From positions 992,001-1,056,000 of the forward strand of contig OZ251245.1 in assembly GCA_965240325.2 (NCBI GenBank): 64,000 nt of DNA. The letters run 5' to 3'. Of this stretch, positions 23,190-34,395 are shown in pieces; the first letter of the stretch is position 1, and the number at the start of each line of letters is the position of its first letter. Source of the DNA: Rebecca billardiae RCC1528. Its lineage: Eukaryota; Protista; Haptophyta. Made by a program: the position numbers and the translations under genes. Under the pieces are notes generated by a model that saw only the letters and a program-made list of their open reading frames with translations, did not search any database and was not told the DNA's origin.

Positions 23190-24329
23190 TCATCGCGCCG
23201 GCGGGCGCGGATGCCGGCCGGGCCCGCCGCGCGGCGAGCTGGGCGCTCCGCCGCCGCCGCCGCTGCCGCTCGGGTTGAGCTTCCTGCTCTTGAGCGTGAT
23301 GCTGTGCGCGCTCTCCATCAGCCGGTCCCCCTGCAGCTGCGCCATGCGCATCGGCGCCGTGCGTATGTGCTCCGTGAGCTGCTGCACGTCCTGCATGCGC
23401 AGCAGCTCGTGCTCGGTCGCCTTGAGCACCGCGAGCACGATTCGAAAGAGAATCTTCGAGCCCTTCGGGTGCGGCTCGCCGAGGAAGACGTCGAGCACGC
23501 GCAGCGTCGACTCGAAGGGGAAGTCCTTGGTGAAGAGGGTGAGGAACCACGGCATGGCGTACAGGTCGACCGTCACGCCCTCGGCCTCCAGGTGCCGGTG
23601 AAGCTTCGGGTGCCGCGCGCGCACGAGTGCGTCCAGCTTGTCGCGCCCGTACTCCTGCCACCCCGCCATCGAGTCCGCCCAGATGCGGCTGTACCCGCGC
23701 TCGGACACGATGCTCGCCATCACGAAGAAGGCCTCCTCCTCTGCGCGCGTCGGCGGTGCGGGGCGCCGGCGCGGGCGGAGGGCGAGTGGCGGTCAGGCGC
23801 GAATCTGGGCCGTCGCGCGGGCGAGTGCGCGCGCCGCGCGCGCGCTCGCACCAGTCATGTACGTGAGGAGGGTGGCGGCGACGTAGGCCTCGGCCTGGTT
23901 GTAGCCCATCTGCGGCTCGTGGAGCGAGAGCGCGTGGCACACGTTGAACAGCTGCTGCTGCCCGTCCGCGCCCTGCTTGAACTGCACGTGCATCGGCATG
24001 GTGCGGTGCAGGTCCTTGCGGATCTGCGAGTCCATCGGCGATGGCCGGCGCAGCAGCGCGCGGTACGCGCCCGGCCGCGCGAGCCGCGCCTCGAGCGCGC
24101 CGGACATGGACTGCCAGACGTGCCCACGCACCCCGTCCGGGATGCCATCGCGCACGCGCCGCTTCAGCTTCTTGTGCTTGTCGCCGCGCGCGTACGTCGA
24201 CCAATCGCCCATCATCTTCTGCCATTGGAACAGCCGCGCGTTCTCGGCCTGGGCGCGCTCCACGAGCTCCTTGTCGGAGGGCACGCCGCGTTTCCCAGCC
24301 GGCAGCTCGAAGCCGTACCGGTCGAGCAT
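23190..24329 (-). CDS. TBC-domain Rab GTPase-activating protein
   Basis: LDRYGF, GIPDGVRGHVW, Arg finger IRKDLHRT, Gln finger GYNQ, YAMPWFLTLF and LRVLDVFL. Intron 23851-23741 yields YMTEEEAFFVM. Confidence 0.9.
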
Positions 24330-24520
24330 GGCGGCCGCGCGCAGCGAGCCCGCTGGCCGCGTGCCGGCCACAACGGCCAGCGCCGACACGGCCAGCTTGT
24401 GTGGCGGAGGGCTGGCGAGCGGCAGCCGCGGGGCACCACTTTTTGCCAAGACTAACCGAATGATGACGGCTGCCGGCCTGCCGGGCGGCTTGTCACTGCC
24501 GGCAGCGCATATGAATCACG

Positions 24521-25483
24521 ATGGCGCCGAAGGTGGCCGAGATCGAGAACAGCCTCGCCGGCGTCGCGCGCTTCATCCGCTCCGACGCGTGCCGCAACGT
24601 CGCGCTCCTCACCGGCGCGGGCGTCTCGGTGGCGGCGGGCATTCCCGACTTCCGCTCGCCGACCGGCATGTACGCGACGCTCCCGATCGACAAGCTGACC
24701 GCGAGCGAGCGGGAGAAGGCGCTGGTCCGCGCAGAGCCCACGCACGTCGTGGAGAAGTCGATGTTCCTGGCCAACCCCTTCCTCTACCTCGAGGTGCGCC
24801 GGCCGTTCATCCTGGGCACGCGCGAGCGGCGGTGGAAGGCGACGAGCGCGCACCGCTTCGCCGAGCTGCTGCACCGCCACGGCAAGCTGCGCCGCGTGTT
24901 CACGCAGAACATCGACGGGCTCGACTTCCAGACAGCCGTGCCCGACGAGCGCATCGTGCCCGTCCACGGCTCGATCGGCGCGGTCGCGTGCGAGGCGTGC
25001 GGCCGGCCCGAGCCGCTCGGCGCGTTCTGCGACAGCGTGCGCGCTCACATCAAGGACGTGTACGGCGTTGACGCGTCCGCGCCGACGGAGTCGTCGGCGA
25101 TCAGGTGCCCTGGATGCGGCAAGGCGGCGCTCAAGCCAACGACCGTCCTCTTCGGCGCGAGCCTGCCCGAGCGCTTCTTCACCACTGCGCAGCAGGACCT
25201 GCCGGCTCTCGATCTGCTGATCGTCGCAGGCACCTCGCTCGTCGTCGCGCCCGCCAACAGCGTCGCGGCGGCGTGCGAGTGCCCGCGCGTGATCGTCAAC
25301 GACGAGCCGGTGGGCGCGGAGCTCGGCGTGGAGTGCGACGAGCGCGCCCCGCCGACGGCCTCACGCCGCGACGTCTTCCTGCGCGGCGCGTGCGAGGACA
25401 CCTTCCGCGCGCTGGTGGCTGAGCTCGGCTGGGCCGAGGAGCTGCGCGAGCTCGAGCGCGCGCAGGGCACCGTGGACGGCTGA
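24521..25483 (+). CDS. NAD-dependent deacylase sirtuin (class I, SIRT2/Hst2-like)
   Basis: LTGAGVSVAAGIPDFRS, FTQNIDGL, catalytic HGS, CxxC...CxxC and GTSLVVAPAN. Confidence 0.93.
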   Translation: MAPKVAEIENSLAGVARFIRSDACRNVALLTGAGVSVAAGIPDFRSPTGMYATLPIDKLTASEREKALVRAEPTHVVEKSMFLANPFLYLEVRRPFILGTRERRWKATSAHRFAELLHRHGKLRRVFTQNIDGLDFQTAVPDERIVPVHGSIGAVACEACGRPEPLGAFCDSVRAHIKDVYGVDASAPTESSAIRCPGCGKAALKPTTVLFGASLPERFFTTAQQDLPALDLLIVAGTSLVVAPANSVAAACECPRVIVNDEPVGAELGVECDERAPPTASRRDVFLRGACEDTFRALVAELGWAEELRELERAQGTVDG

Positions 25484-25639
25484 CGGCTGACGGTTGAGTG
25501 CTTGGTGCGGCGTGTTTGCCGTGGGCGCCGACTTGGGGACGATAACGTGGGGCGTACGTGGGCGCGTGTGTCATCAGTCACAGTGGACGAGGCAGCAGCG
25601 CTGGCTTTGCCATGCCCGCCATCAGGGTGAGGCAATTAG

Positions 25640-25757
25640 CAATATATATGATCGATCGATATTAATATTAAAATATTAATATTAAGGTATTATTAATTAA
25701 TACTGTAGTCTTATAGTTAAATTAAATATATTATTCATGACCTCGAGACGCATATAT
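25640..25757. other. Very AT-rich tract between the convergent 3' ends of the sirtuin and SGNH genes (possible termination/polyadenylation region)
   Basis: ATATTAATATTAAAATATTAAT... within otherwise extremely GC-rich DNA. Confidence 0.5.
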
Positions 25758-28700
25758 CATTCTGACGACTGACGATGCTCGCCAGGTCGCTGCACGGCGA
25801 GCGCGATCAGCTTCACCTTGGTGCACGGCGTGTCGGGGCAGGCGGGCTCGCCGGCACCGGGCGGCGAGGCATTTGTGAGCACGAGCTCGCAATGACGAGA
25901 CTGGCTCACACCCGGCATCACGGAGTGGTTCATCACCGCGAACTTGTGGTGCGGCGCGAGCGTGAGCAGCCGGAAGGGCGCGCACGTGCACCCGGAGGCG
26001 CACGCGAGCTCTGCCGCGCCTGCGTACTCGTACGACTGCAGGTACGTAATGAGCACGCGCGCGGAGCGCGACTCTCCGCGCTCGCCGTCGAGCGTGGTGT
26101 CCAGCTGGAGGCGCACGCTGTCGCCGGCGTGCACACTCGTGAGCCCAGGCTTCTTCTTGCCTGCAGTCTTGCCGCTGGGCACCCACGCCGCACGAGCCTT
26201 GTCGAACACGAGCTCATCGGCAGGCATGTGCCAGCCTGGTCCGCGGGTACCGCCGCCAGAGCTGGGCGCGGCGTTCGCGCCCCCTGGCACAAGCACTTTC
26301 CACCACTTGCCGCCGGCGAGGCCGTAGCAGCGCATGGTCGTGTCCGACACCGCGGAGTGCGGTTTGTAGAGCGGCGGCGGCATCGCCGAGTCGGCACTGT
26401 CTTGCGCCAGGCGGCGCGCAAGGTGGCGCTCCGCTGCCTCACCCACATCATCAAGATGGCGGCGGCGGGGCGCGCGCGCGCTGACACCAGCGCTGGCTGT
26501 CGTGCGAGCTCGCGGCAGTGGCCGCGCGCCAACAGCGCCCACCCTGCTGTCGGCGCGCTTGCACGCGGGGTGGCCGCCATTGACCGTCGCCGGCCCCAGC
26601 CCAGCGCTCCACACGTGGCGCGCATCCCAGCTGGCGTTGTCGTGGCCACCGCCTCCAGCCGTATCGGCCGAGGTGCGCAGCATGCGTGGGTCAAGAGCGT
26701 GCGCGAGGACGTCACCGATGATGGTAGTGTACAGCACGCCGTGCTTGCCGTCCTGGCGAGGATGCATGCCGTCTGTGGTCAGCCACACCGCGTCCAGCAC
26801 AGCCTCGGCGGGGCCGGACGTGCGCGGCGCGGCGCCGGGCTTGCAGCTGGCCCAACGCGACGCGCGCGTGCGGGCAGCCACCCAGCCGCCGCACGCGCGC
26901 GACGCGTTGGGCGCGAGGAGGGGCTGCAGTGCGGAGTGGACCGAGCACGCGCCCTGCCCGTACCGCCGCGCGATCTCGTCGAGCTGCACGTCGCGCGTCT
27001 CCGGGACATGGCGCTTGCCGAGGCCCGTGCGGAACTGCTCGCGGGCAAACAGCTGTCGCTGGCACAGCGAGTGCCCAAGCCCGCGGTCGCACCACGACGG
27101 GAGGTTGAGAAGCAGCGTCGGGATGCGCACGCGCGTGAGCGATCGCACGACCGACTCGAGGTTGCCCAACTCCTGCGGCGAGCCGGTCGTAAGCGCGAAC
27201 TCCAACACCACTAAGTCGGGTAGCGCGCCGCCCGAGAAGGCGCCGCGACTGAAGAGCCAGTCGGCCGGGCACGCGGCCGGCGTCACGGCAGCCATCCCGC
27301 CGTACGCGCGCGTGAACGCCTCGATGCGCGCGAGTGGGTACGCCGCGCGCGCGTGCGCAAGGAATCGCGCGAGGTAGTCCCGTCCCGGGTATCGGCCGCG
27401 CCGCGCGAGGCGCGCGGCGACGTCCGCGACGGGTTCGCCCGCGGGCAACTCACACCGGCGCGCGCACGCGGAGGCAAACATCGCCGAGACGGACGCGCCA
27501 ATCACGAGCACGTTGAGGGTGGCGCGAGAGCCGTTGCGCAGCTCCGCGGCGAGCTGCTCGAGCAGAGGCGCTGCACCCGCGGCGCCCGCCGGCGCCGAGC
27601 GCGCGAGCAGCGCCCTGGGCAGACTCGATTCACCGGGCGGCGGCGGCTGCGTGAGCGAGCGCACGTCCTCGTCCTCGCAGCCGTGCGCGCACCGCTCGGA
27701 TGCTAGCAGCTCGTAGTCGAGCGGGATGTCGGCGTACTTGTCGCGCAGCGAATCACTCGAGCCCACGCCCAGGCAGCTCAGGCCGCCCTTCCCAGTGCTG
27801 CCGAAGCGGACCTGCCACACAGGGGTCAGCTGCACGCTGCCGGCCGCGTCTGCCACGGGCAGGTGCGCCCCCTTGCCCCGCGCGCGCAGCGCGCGCACGT
27901 CGCGCGCGCTCAGCGCGCAAAGCCGCAGGAGCCGCGCGGCGCGGCACGGCGCCCACGTGGCATCGAGCTGTGGCGCGCTCGTCGGCGCGCGCGGGCGGTG
28001 CGGCCGCGGGCGCTCGAGCTGGCTCAGCAGCCACGGTGCGAGCGCTGCCACCGCGACGCCCGTCGACGCCGCCGTCGAGGCCGACGCCGACGCCTCTTGC
28101 GGTGGGCGCGCCTGCATCGCCGCAAACGGCGCCCCCACGCTCACCAGCACGCGAGCGCGCACGTCGATTGTCACGCCCGCGCCGTCGCCACCGAGCGCGC
28201 GGCTGTCGGCACGGGCTGGCGCGATGGCGCGCACGAGCCGACCGCTCGCGCCATCGGCCCACAGCGCCAGGAGCAGCGTGCCCGGCTCGGGCGCCCGCGG
28301 ATCGAGGCGGAGGCGGAGCGCTTTGGCCAGCGGCGCAAGCCACGGCCGCGTGGGCTCTATCGAGACGACGACTGCGCCGCCGTCCGGGTGCGGATGCACT
28401 GCGCCGATCGCGACGCGCGCGCGCACGCACCCGAACGCGCTGCCGCCTGTCGGGGCGCCCTGCAGCAAGGCGTGGGCGATGGAGGCACCGCCCGCCGCGT
28501 CGTCAAAGCAGCGCGCGGGGAAGAGCAGCTGGCTCGGCATCAGCAGCACGCCGGAACACGCAAGCCCGCCGGCGCCCACCACCGTCGCGACGGGCTGCAG
28601 GCCGAGCAGCTCGTCAATCAGCCCTGCCCACGCCGGGTCGTCCGCGACCGATGGAAGCGCAGCGGCAACGACCGGCTCGCACGCGCTGCTCACGTTCGGT

Positions 28701-28762
28701 GCCGCCCCCACCCGCGCAAGCCATAACGCCGCGAACACGACCGGCCTAGGGAGAACGAGCAT
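25757..28762 (-). CDS. Secreted SGNH-hydrolase-like protein with a degenerate trypsin-like N-terminal region
   Basis: Signal-like N-terminus; SGNH-like blocks VLVIGASVS, GG, PDLVVLEFA and DGMHP; upstream CSGVLLMPSQLLFPARC and AVHPHP resemble S1 protease motifs. Confidence 0.5.
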   Translation of the reverse strand: MLVLPRPVVFAALWLARVGAAPNVSSACEPVVAAALPSVADDPAWAGLIDELLGLQPVATVVGAGGLACSGVLLMPSQLLFPARCFDDAAGGASIAHALLQGAPTGGSAFGCVRARVAIGAVHPHPDGGAVVVSIEPTRPWLAPLAKALRLRLDPRAPEPGTLLLALWADGASGRLVRAIAPARADSRALGGDGAGVTIDVRARVLVSVGAPFAAMQARPPQEASASASTAASTGVAVAALAPWLLSQLERPRPHRPRAPTSAPQLDATWAPCRAARLLRLCALSARDVRALRARGKGAHLPVADAAGSVQLTPVWQVRFGSTGKGGLSCLGVGSSDSLRDKYADIPLDYELLASERCAHGCEDEDVRSLTQPPPPGESSLPRALLARSAPAGAAGAAPLLEQLAAELRNGSRATLNVLVIGASVSAMFASACARRCELPAGEPVADVAARLARRGRYPGRDYLARFLAHARAAYPLARIEAFTRAYGGMAAVTPAACPADWLFSRGAFSGGALPDLVVLEFALTTGSPQELGNLESVVRSLTRVRIPTLLLNLPSWCDRGLGHSLCQRQLFAREQFRTGLGKRHVPETRDVQLDEIARRYGQGACSVHSALQPLLAPNASRACGGWVAARTRASRWASCKPGAAPRTSGPAEAVLDAVWLTTDGMHPRQDGKHGVLYTTIIGDVLAHALDPRMLRTSADTAGGGGHDNASWDARHVWSAGLGPATVNGGHPACKRADSRVGAVGARPLPRARTTASAGVSARAPRRRHLDDVGEAAERHLARRLAQDSADSAMPPPLYKPHSAVSDTTMRCYGLAGGKWWKVLVPGGANAAPSSGGGTRGPGWHMPADELVFDKARAAWVPSGKTAGKKKPGLTSVHAGDSVRLQLDTTLDGERGESRSARVLITYLQSYEYAGAAELACASGCTCAPFRLLTLAPHHKFAVMNHSVMPGVSQSRHCELVLTNASPPGAGEPACPDTPCTKVKLIALAVQRPGEHRQSSE

Positions 28763-29230
28763 CGCCCTTATGACCTTGCGTCGTCGTCCCTTTGAAGCAA
28801 CTCAAGCAACCTGCGGTAAGGGGATAAAGTGATAAACTTCGCAGCCAGCCGCGGCGGGAAAAAAAATGTGCGCGCCCGGCGCCGCGGCCCCGAGCCTCGG
28901 CGGGACGCCGCAAAAGCGCGTGCGGGTTCGCCGCACCAAACTCCCAACTGCTGCAATAATTCGTGCTTGCCCAAAACTCCGAAAACTCGAATCAGGCCGA
29001 CGTCACATCGGCGAAGCGGCACGTAACATCAGGCTCACATCAGACGAGATCGCGTCAGATCGGTGTGCGGATTGGACAGCTGTTGGCCTGCCTGCACACG
29101 CTCGTGAGTCGTGAGTGTGCGTCGCGCACGACAAAAGAGGGCTGCTCGGGTGGGCCAACGCCGAGCTACGCGCCACCCATCTGTCGGGAAGGGGCCGAGA
29201 TGCGGGTCTAGCAGTGCCGGCTCGAGACGC

Positions 29231-30178
29231 ATGCCGCTCTTCGCAGGCCAGCAGCACGCGCTGGCGTGCGTGGCCATCACCTTCTGCTCGCTCCCAAAGG
29301 CCGCCACCTTTGAGCACCGCCTCGCGCACCTGCGCGCGCGCCAGCACGCCGTCGTGCGCACGCCGCTCGCCCGGCGCCTCGCACTGCGAGCGAGCTCGTT
29401 GGCCGTGGACGGCGGCGGCGGCGGCGGCGGCATCGATGACGGGCGAGGCGCGGGGGGCGGCGGGTCTCGCGGCGATGGCAACGACGGCGCGCGCGGCGAC
29501 GACGGCGGCGACTCCTTCTTCTCGCCGATCGAGTGGATCCTCACAGACCCGCGGCGGCGAGCGGCCGCCGTCGCCGCGAGCTGGGGCTACGCCGTCGCGA
29601 CGTCTGTCGAGCTCGTGCAGCACGAGGCGCGGCGCGAGGCGGGGGCGCCAGGGGTCGCGGGCGGTGGCGGCGCGGCCGCCGCCTCGGCCTCCTTCTCCGG
29701 CGAGTGGGAGCTCTCTGCCTCCGAGAACTTCGACCGCTACCTCGAGTCAGTTGGCGTGTCGGCGCTGCACCGCCGGTACGCGGTGGGCGCCAAGGTGAGC
29801 CAGATGATCGAGGAGGTGTCGGCGGGCGGGCGCACGGCGCTCAAGGTGTGCGTGCGGAACCAACTGGGCACGCGGTGCGAGGAGATCATGGTCGGCGGCC
29901 CGCCCGTCACCTCCACCGACGTGCGCGGCGAGGAGGTCGTCAAGAAGTGCTGCTGGGAGTCGAGCGGCGGCGCGCGCGTGTGCGCGACCGAGACCAAGCA
30001 CGCCACCAAGGGGCTGATGCGCGAGCGGCGGTACATCCGGCCGGACGGGACGATGGTGATGGAGCTCACCTCGCCGAGCGGGGTGACCGCGCTGCGCATC
30101 TTCCGCCGCGTCGCCGACGCGCCCGTTTCGAACGCCTCTTCCAGCAGCAGCGGCAGCAGCGGCGACAAGAAGGCCTGA
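29231..30178 (+). CDS. Fatty-acid-binding protein (iLBP/calycin)-like domain with an N-terminal presequence
   Basis: FSGEWELSASENFDRYLESVGV matches the FABP N-terminal signature; C-terminal RERRYI..MVMELT..GVTALRIFRR. ATG at 29231. Confidence 0.75.
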   Translation: MPLFAGQQHALACVAITFCSLPKAATFEHRLAHLRARQHAVVRTPLARRLALRASSLAVDGGGGGGGIDDGRGAGGGGSRGDGNDGARGDDGGDSFFSPIEWILTDPRRRAAAVAASWGYAVATSVELVQHEARREAGAPGVAGGGGAAAASASFSGEWELSASENFDRYLESVGVSALHRRYAVGAKVSQMIEEVSAGGRTALKVCVRNQLGTRCEEIMVGGPPVTSTDVRGEEVVKKCCWESSGGARVCATETKHATKGLMRERRYIRPDGTMVMELTSPSGVTALRIFRRVADAPVSNASSSSSGSSGDKKA

Positions 30179-30797
30179 CACTGCCCTAACCCGTAACCGC
30201 TAACGGATGCGGAACGTGTCCGCGATGGATGTATTACTTCGGAGGACCCGCGTCTTGCCGGCGCAGGCACTCTGACGACCAGTCGGTCGGCCATCGCGCG
30301 CGTATATTTTATTTATTGCCGCAGCCTTGTTTATTGTTACTGTCCGTGATCACACGACCTTCAGTGCCCCTAATTGTCTTATTTAATTGACCTCGGGCGA
30401 CTCAGTTACCATCGTCGTCCTGCGCGCGGCGTCAGGTGAGCCGGACCCGGAGTCGCCACGGGCCCACGGCGGCGCCGAGTGGTGGCCTTGACGGGCCGTT
30501 GAGTACTATGACTCTTGAGCCCGGACTCTGACAGTGACACTAGCACTGCTGCTCGGACCGCGCGCGACCGTCACTCACTAGTCACTGACACTACTACTGC
30601 CGTCTAACTCTACTCCGAGACAGCGGGCGGAGACTCTCACTCTCAGTCTCAGCTTGAGACGGTCGTGAGTCGTCGTGTCTGCCTCCGGACCCGCGGTCAC
30701 GCAGACTGTCGGACGTGACTAGTAGTAGTAGTAGTAGTGTCGGACTCGCGGGCGTCCGTGCCTCTGCGATCATTAGATTATTCAGATTTCAGTAGTG

Positions 30798-30798
<1 letters not shown>

Positions 30799-30869
<71 letters not shown>
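30799..30869. repeat. (TA)n microsatellite with TATG interruptions
   Basis: Direct reading. Confidence 0.9.
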
Positions 30870-30870
<1 letters not shown>

Positions 30871-31560
30871 CTGTGACGTGCTGTTTATATGTGGCGTTAT
30901 AACGGAGTTATAACCGAGTGTGTCGGGAGGCTGGAAAGGCAACGCGCAGCTGGTGGACAAGGGCCGCCATCGTCTTCTAGGTCCTGCAGGTAGTTGCAGT
31001 CGATTTCCGGAGCTCATCGGCCACGGAGCTATCCTTTATCATCATCATGGCGGGCGCTGGTCCTTTCATATCGGCCAACCACACTGGCTCCTCTGTAAGT
31101 ACCCGCTCCTCTCCACTATCCGGCGCTCGAGATCATATACAAGGTCATCTTAAGTCGGCGTGGCAACTTACCAAAGTTCATATCAAGCAGCCCACCTAGC
31201 AGAGCTCGCTCGATCATCGGTTACACGACCTTTCGGGCCGAGCTGCTCATCTCTCGGCAGCCCCTGCTTCGGCCTGCGCATCTGCAAAGCCCGAGGTCCC
31301 GCCATCTCCTCTGCGTTCTTTGCTTGTGCTCGTTGCGAAACCCGCCATCCGCCCCTGCAGCCTCCGTTGTGGTTGACAACCTGCTTGTCGTCAGGCCTGT
31401 GAGTGCTGCGCCTGCCTGAGCCAGGGACCTTGCTGCCACACGCGGCGCAGTCTGCGCGCAGCTTTGGCACCGTCGGCTCAGTCGCTCTTCCCGTTCAGCC
31501 AGGGACAAATCCCCAACATCCATACTCAATGGCGTCGCGTCGCTCTTCATGCAGGAGGAC

Positions 31561-31569
31561 ACACACACA

Positions 31570-31603
<34 letters not shown>
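31561..31603. repeat. (CA)n(TA)n microsatellite
   Basis: Direct reading. Confidence 0.85.
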
Positions 31604-31921
31604 ATATGATGACATCCCGGCCCTATCTCGGAGTATCTGATCCGCGGGAGTCTGACGTCACTGCCACGTCACCGTCTCACGCTGGCGCCGGATCTAACCG
31701 ACGCTGCTAACGCCGCCGCCGCGATCGGGCTGGCTGAGAGTGAGAGTCGGAGTCGAGCGGGGCCCGACCGCCCCGAGGCTGTGCAGCCTCACCGGTGTGC
31801 AGGCTGCGCGCTCTGAGACTGACTTCCGCCGGCCGACGAGCGCCGAGGCCGAGGGCGATGGCCGCACTCGGCGGCGCGGCGCCCTGCTCCTACCGGTGCC
31901 TCACGCGACGCGGCGCATGGC

Positions 31922-33863
31922 CTACTCGTCAGGCACGTCGTCCGCTTCCGCATCGAAGAGGCTGGCGTCTATCGCGCCGCCGCCGCCGCCGCCGGCCGCG
32001 TCGGCCGCCGTCTCTGTGGAGGTGGCGGCGCCCTCGTCGTCTCTGGGCGGCGAGACAGACGCGTGCGGCAGGTGGCGCGCCATGCGCACAAGCGCGTGCG
32101 GGTGCGCCTTCGACGCGTCCTTCTTCTGCGTCTCGTAGCACTCGATGCAGAGGCAGAACTCGTCGTCGCACTCCGGGCAGTCGTACCGGCGAGCGGTCAG
32201 GATGTCGCCCTCGCACCCGTCACAGAACCACTCCACCTCCTCCTCGCCGCCGCCGCCGCCGGCGTCGGCGTCGTCGTCGGCGTCGGCGTCGGCGGCGTCG
32301 TCGTCGCTCTGCCCGCCCTGCTCGGTCGGGTCGTAGAGCGGGTGCGCCGCGTACCGCTCCTCGTCCTCGTCCTCCTCCTCCTCGTCGCCGCCCGCGCCGC
32401 TCGCGGCGCCGAGCCCTCCCGCGCCCGCTCGCCGGCGCGCGTAGTCAGCAAAGTAACCGCTGTCGTCTCCGCTGCGCTCGGGAAGAGGCGCGCGCGCGGG
32501 GGGCGGGGCAGCGCGGCGGGCGGCGCGGGCGGGCGCGGCGGGAGGGCGGTGGGCTCGCGGGCTCGCGCCGTCGCTCGTCGCCCGCGGCGCGCGCGCACGC
32601 GCGCGCACCGCGCGTTCGCGTCGTCCGCAAAGAGCGAGGGGTCAAAGGAGAAGAGCGCGCGGCCGGAGAGCGAGTGCACCTCCTTGCCCTTGCTGCGCGC
32701 CTCCTTGGCCGCCGTGAGCTTGGCCTCCTCCGCCTCCACGCCCTCGCGCACCTTGCGCGCGCGCCACTGCAGGAAGAGCTCGTACGTGAGCGGCGTGCGC
32801 ACCTGCGGCGCGTGTGCGGGCGGCGGGGCGGGGCGACGCCGTGTGGGCGGCGCGCGGGCGGCACACATGCGTTGCGCGTGCCCCGCGCGCCCTCTCTCTC
32901 CCTCTCTCTCCGCGCGCTCCCCGCGGTGGGTGGTGCGGTGCGGTGCGGTGCGGTGTGGTGCGGTGTACTGCGGTGCGGTGCGGTGCGGTGCGGTGCGGTG
33001 CGGTGCGGTGCGGTGCGGTGTACTGCGCGCACCTTGAGCTGCGCGCGCTGCTCCTCAATCTCGTCCTCAATGGTGGGGCCCTCCTGGTCGGCCATCAGCA
33101 GCCGCTCCGCCTCGAGCTCGCTCTTGAGCTTGTACCCCGGCGGCAGCGCGTGCCTGTACTGGCACTTGTCCCCGCCGTTCGGGCACGTCCACACCCAGCC
33201 GTACTGCCGCCGCTCCACCGCCTCCAGAAAGTGCTTGCAGATCTTGTCCGACGCGCACCGCCGGCCGTGGCCGCCCTCCTTCTGCGAGATCGCGTTCTCG
33301 AGGGTCTCCTGGTCGGCGTAGATGTCGTCGCGCTTGTCCGCGTACACGTTGATCTTCGCCGCCTTGCGCTCGATGCTCAGGTCGTGCGAGAACTTGCACT
33401 TGCCGCCCTTCGTGCACTTGCCCTGCTTGAAGAAGGCGCAGACGACTGACTTCGGGTCGGCGCCTGCGCGCCGCGGCGCGCGGCCGCGCGCAGCCGGTGC
33501 GGCGGATCGGCGCGGGTGGGCGGCGTGAGGGCGCGCGCGCGCGCATGGGCGCGCATGGGCGCGCACGCGCGCCGCGCGCGGCGCGCGCCGCGCACCCTGC
33601 GGCGCCTTGCTCTGCACGATCACGGGCTTGAAGAGCGCCTCGCGCTCGGCCTGCGCGGCGCGCTCGCGGTCGCGCGCCTCCTTCTCCTTCTGGCGCTTGC
33701 GCTCCTCGTCGGTGAGCTGGTTGGCGGTGCTCGTCGCCTGCTTGATATACTGCTGCACCGCCTTCGACTTGTTCTTGTTCTTCAGCCCGAAGGTCTTGTC
33801 CTCGAGCTTCTTCGCCTTCTCCGCCTTCTCTGCCTTGGACGGCGCCTTGGCCTTGGGCGGCAT
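31922..33863 (-). CDS. ZC3H15: ZC3H15/DFRP1 (Tma46) CCCH zinc-finger protein with a C-terminal ZZ-type zinc finger
   Basis: MPPK..EDKTFGLKNKNKSKAVQQYI, DPKSVVCAFFKQGKCTKGGKCKFSHD, ICKHFLEAVE..YGWVWTCPNGGDKCQYRHALPPGY and LSGRALF. Introns at 33595-33464, 33032-32803 and 32608-32472. The last exon has FCDGC..RYDCPECDDEFCLCIECY..HPH. Confidence 0.9.
32931..33020. repeat. (GCGGT)n pentanucleotide microsatellite in ZC3H15 intron 2
   Basis: Direct reading. Confidence 0.85.
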
Positions 33864-34395
33864 GGTGCGAGGCGGCGCTCAGCGCGGGGGAGGCGGACGG
33901 GGTGCCCGGACGCACGTGTAGCGACTCTCGCGCGCCGCCGTTCCGAGCCGGCCGCGCCGCCAGTCGACGGCCACGACCGCGCGCACGCAGTCCACGTACG
34001 TCTGGAAGCGGGATGCGACACGATGGCGTCCCGGAATAAAGTCCGGGAGTCGTGAGGAGCAGATCCTTCGTCGGTTGTTCATATTTTCCATTTACTTCCA
34101 CTGGTTTTTACGGTATGGCCTTGGGCATTCTGGTAATCTGGTTGCATTTCTGGGTAGCAATGGATAGCGCTCACAATCTCCTGCTACTCGAATCACTCCA
34201 ATTTCGACGCAATCTCGAATGGTTTTCCGACGTTCTGCGGTTCGGAAGCCGTATTCGCCATTCGCCGATGAGCTTTTGCTCCCATCATCAATTCATCATC
34301 GCCCAGCCTATTATTCAACGCCGTTCCGCATCGCGCCGTCTGAGAAGAAGCCGCGCGGTTGCAACGACGCCCGCTTGCAGAGCGACGCCTCGGGC

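Noticed and set aside
24521-25483. Sirtuin as a Sir2-type defence NADase partner of the HET/TIR-like gene
   Set aside because: It has the canonical class I deacylase motifs with a zinc ribbon and lies about 30 kb away.
30184-30205. CCCTAACCCGTAACCGCTAAC as an interstitial telomere
   Set aside because: Only one exact unit plus two degenerate ones; too short to support.
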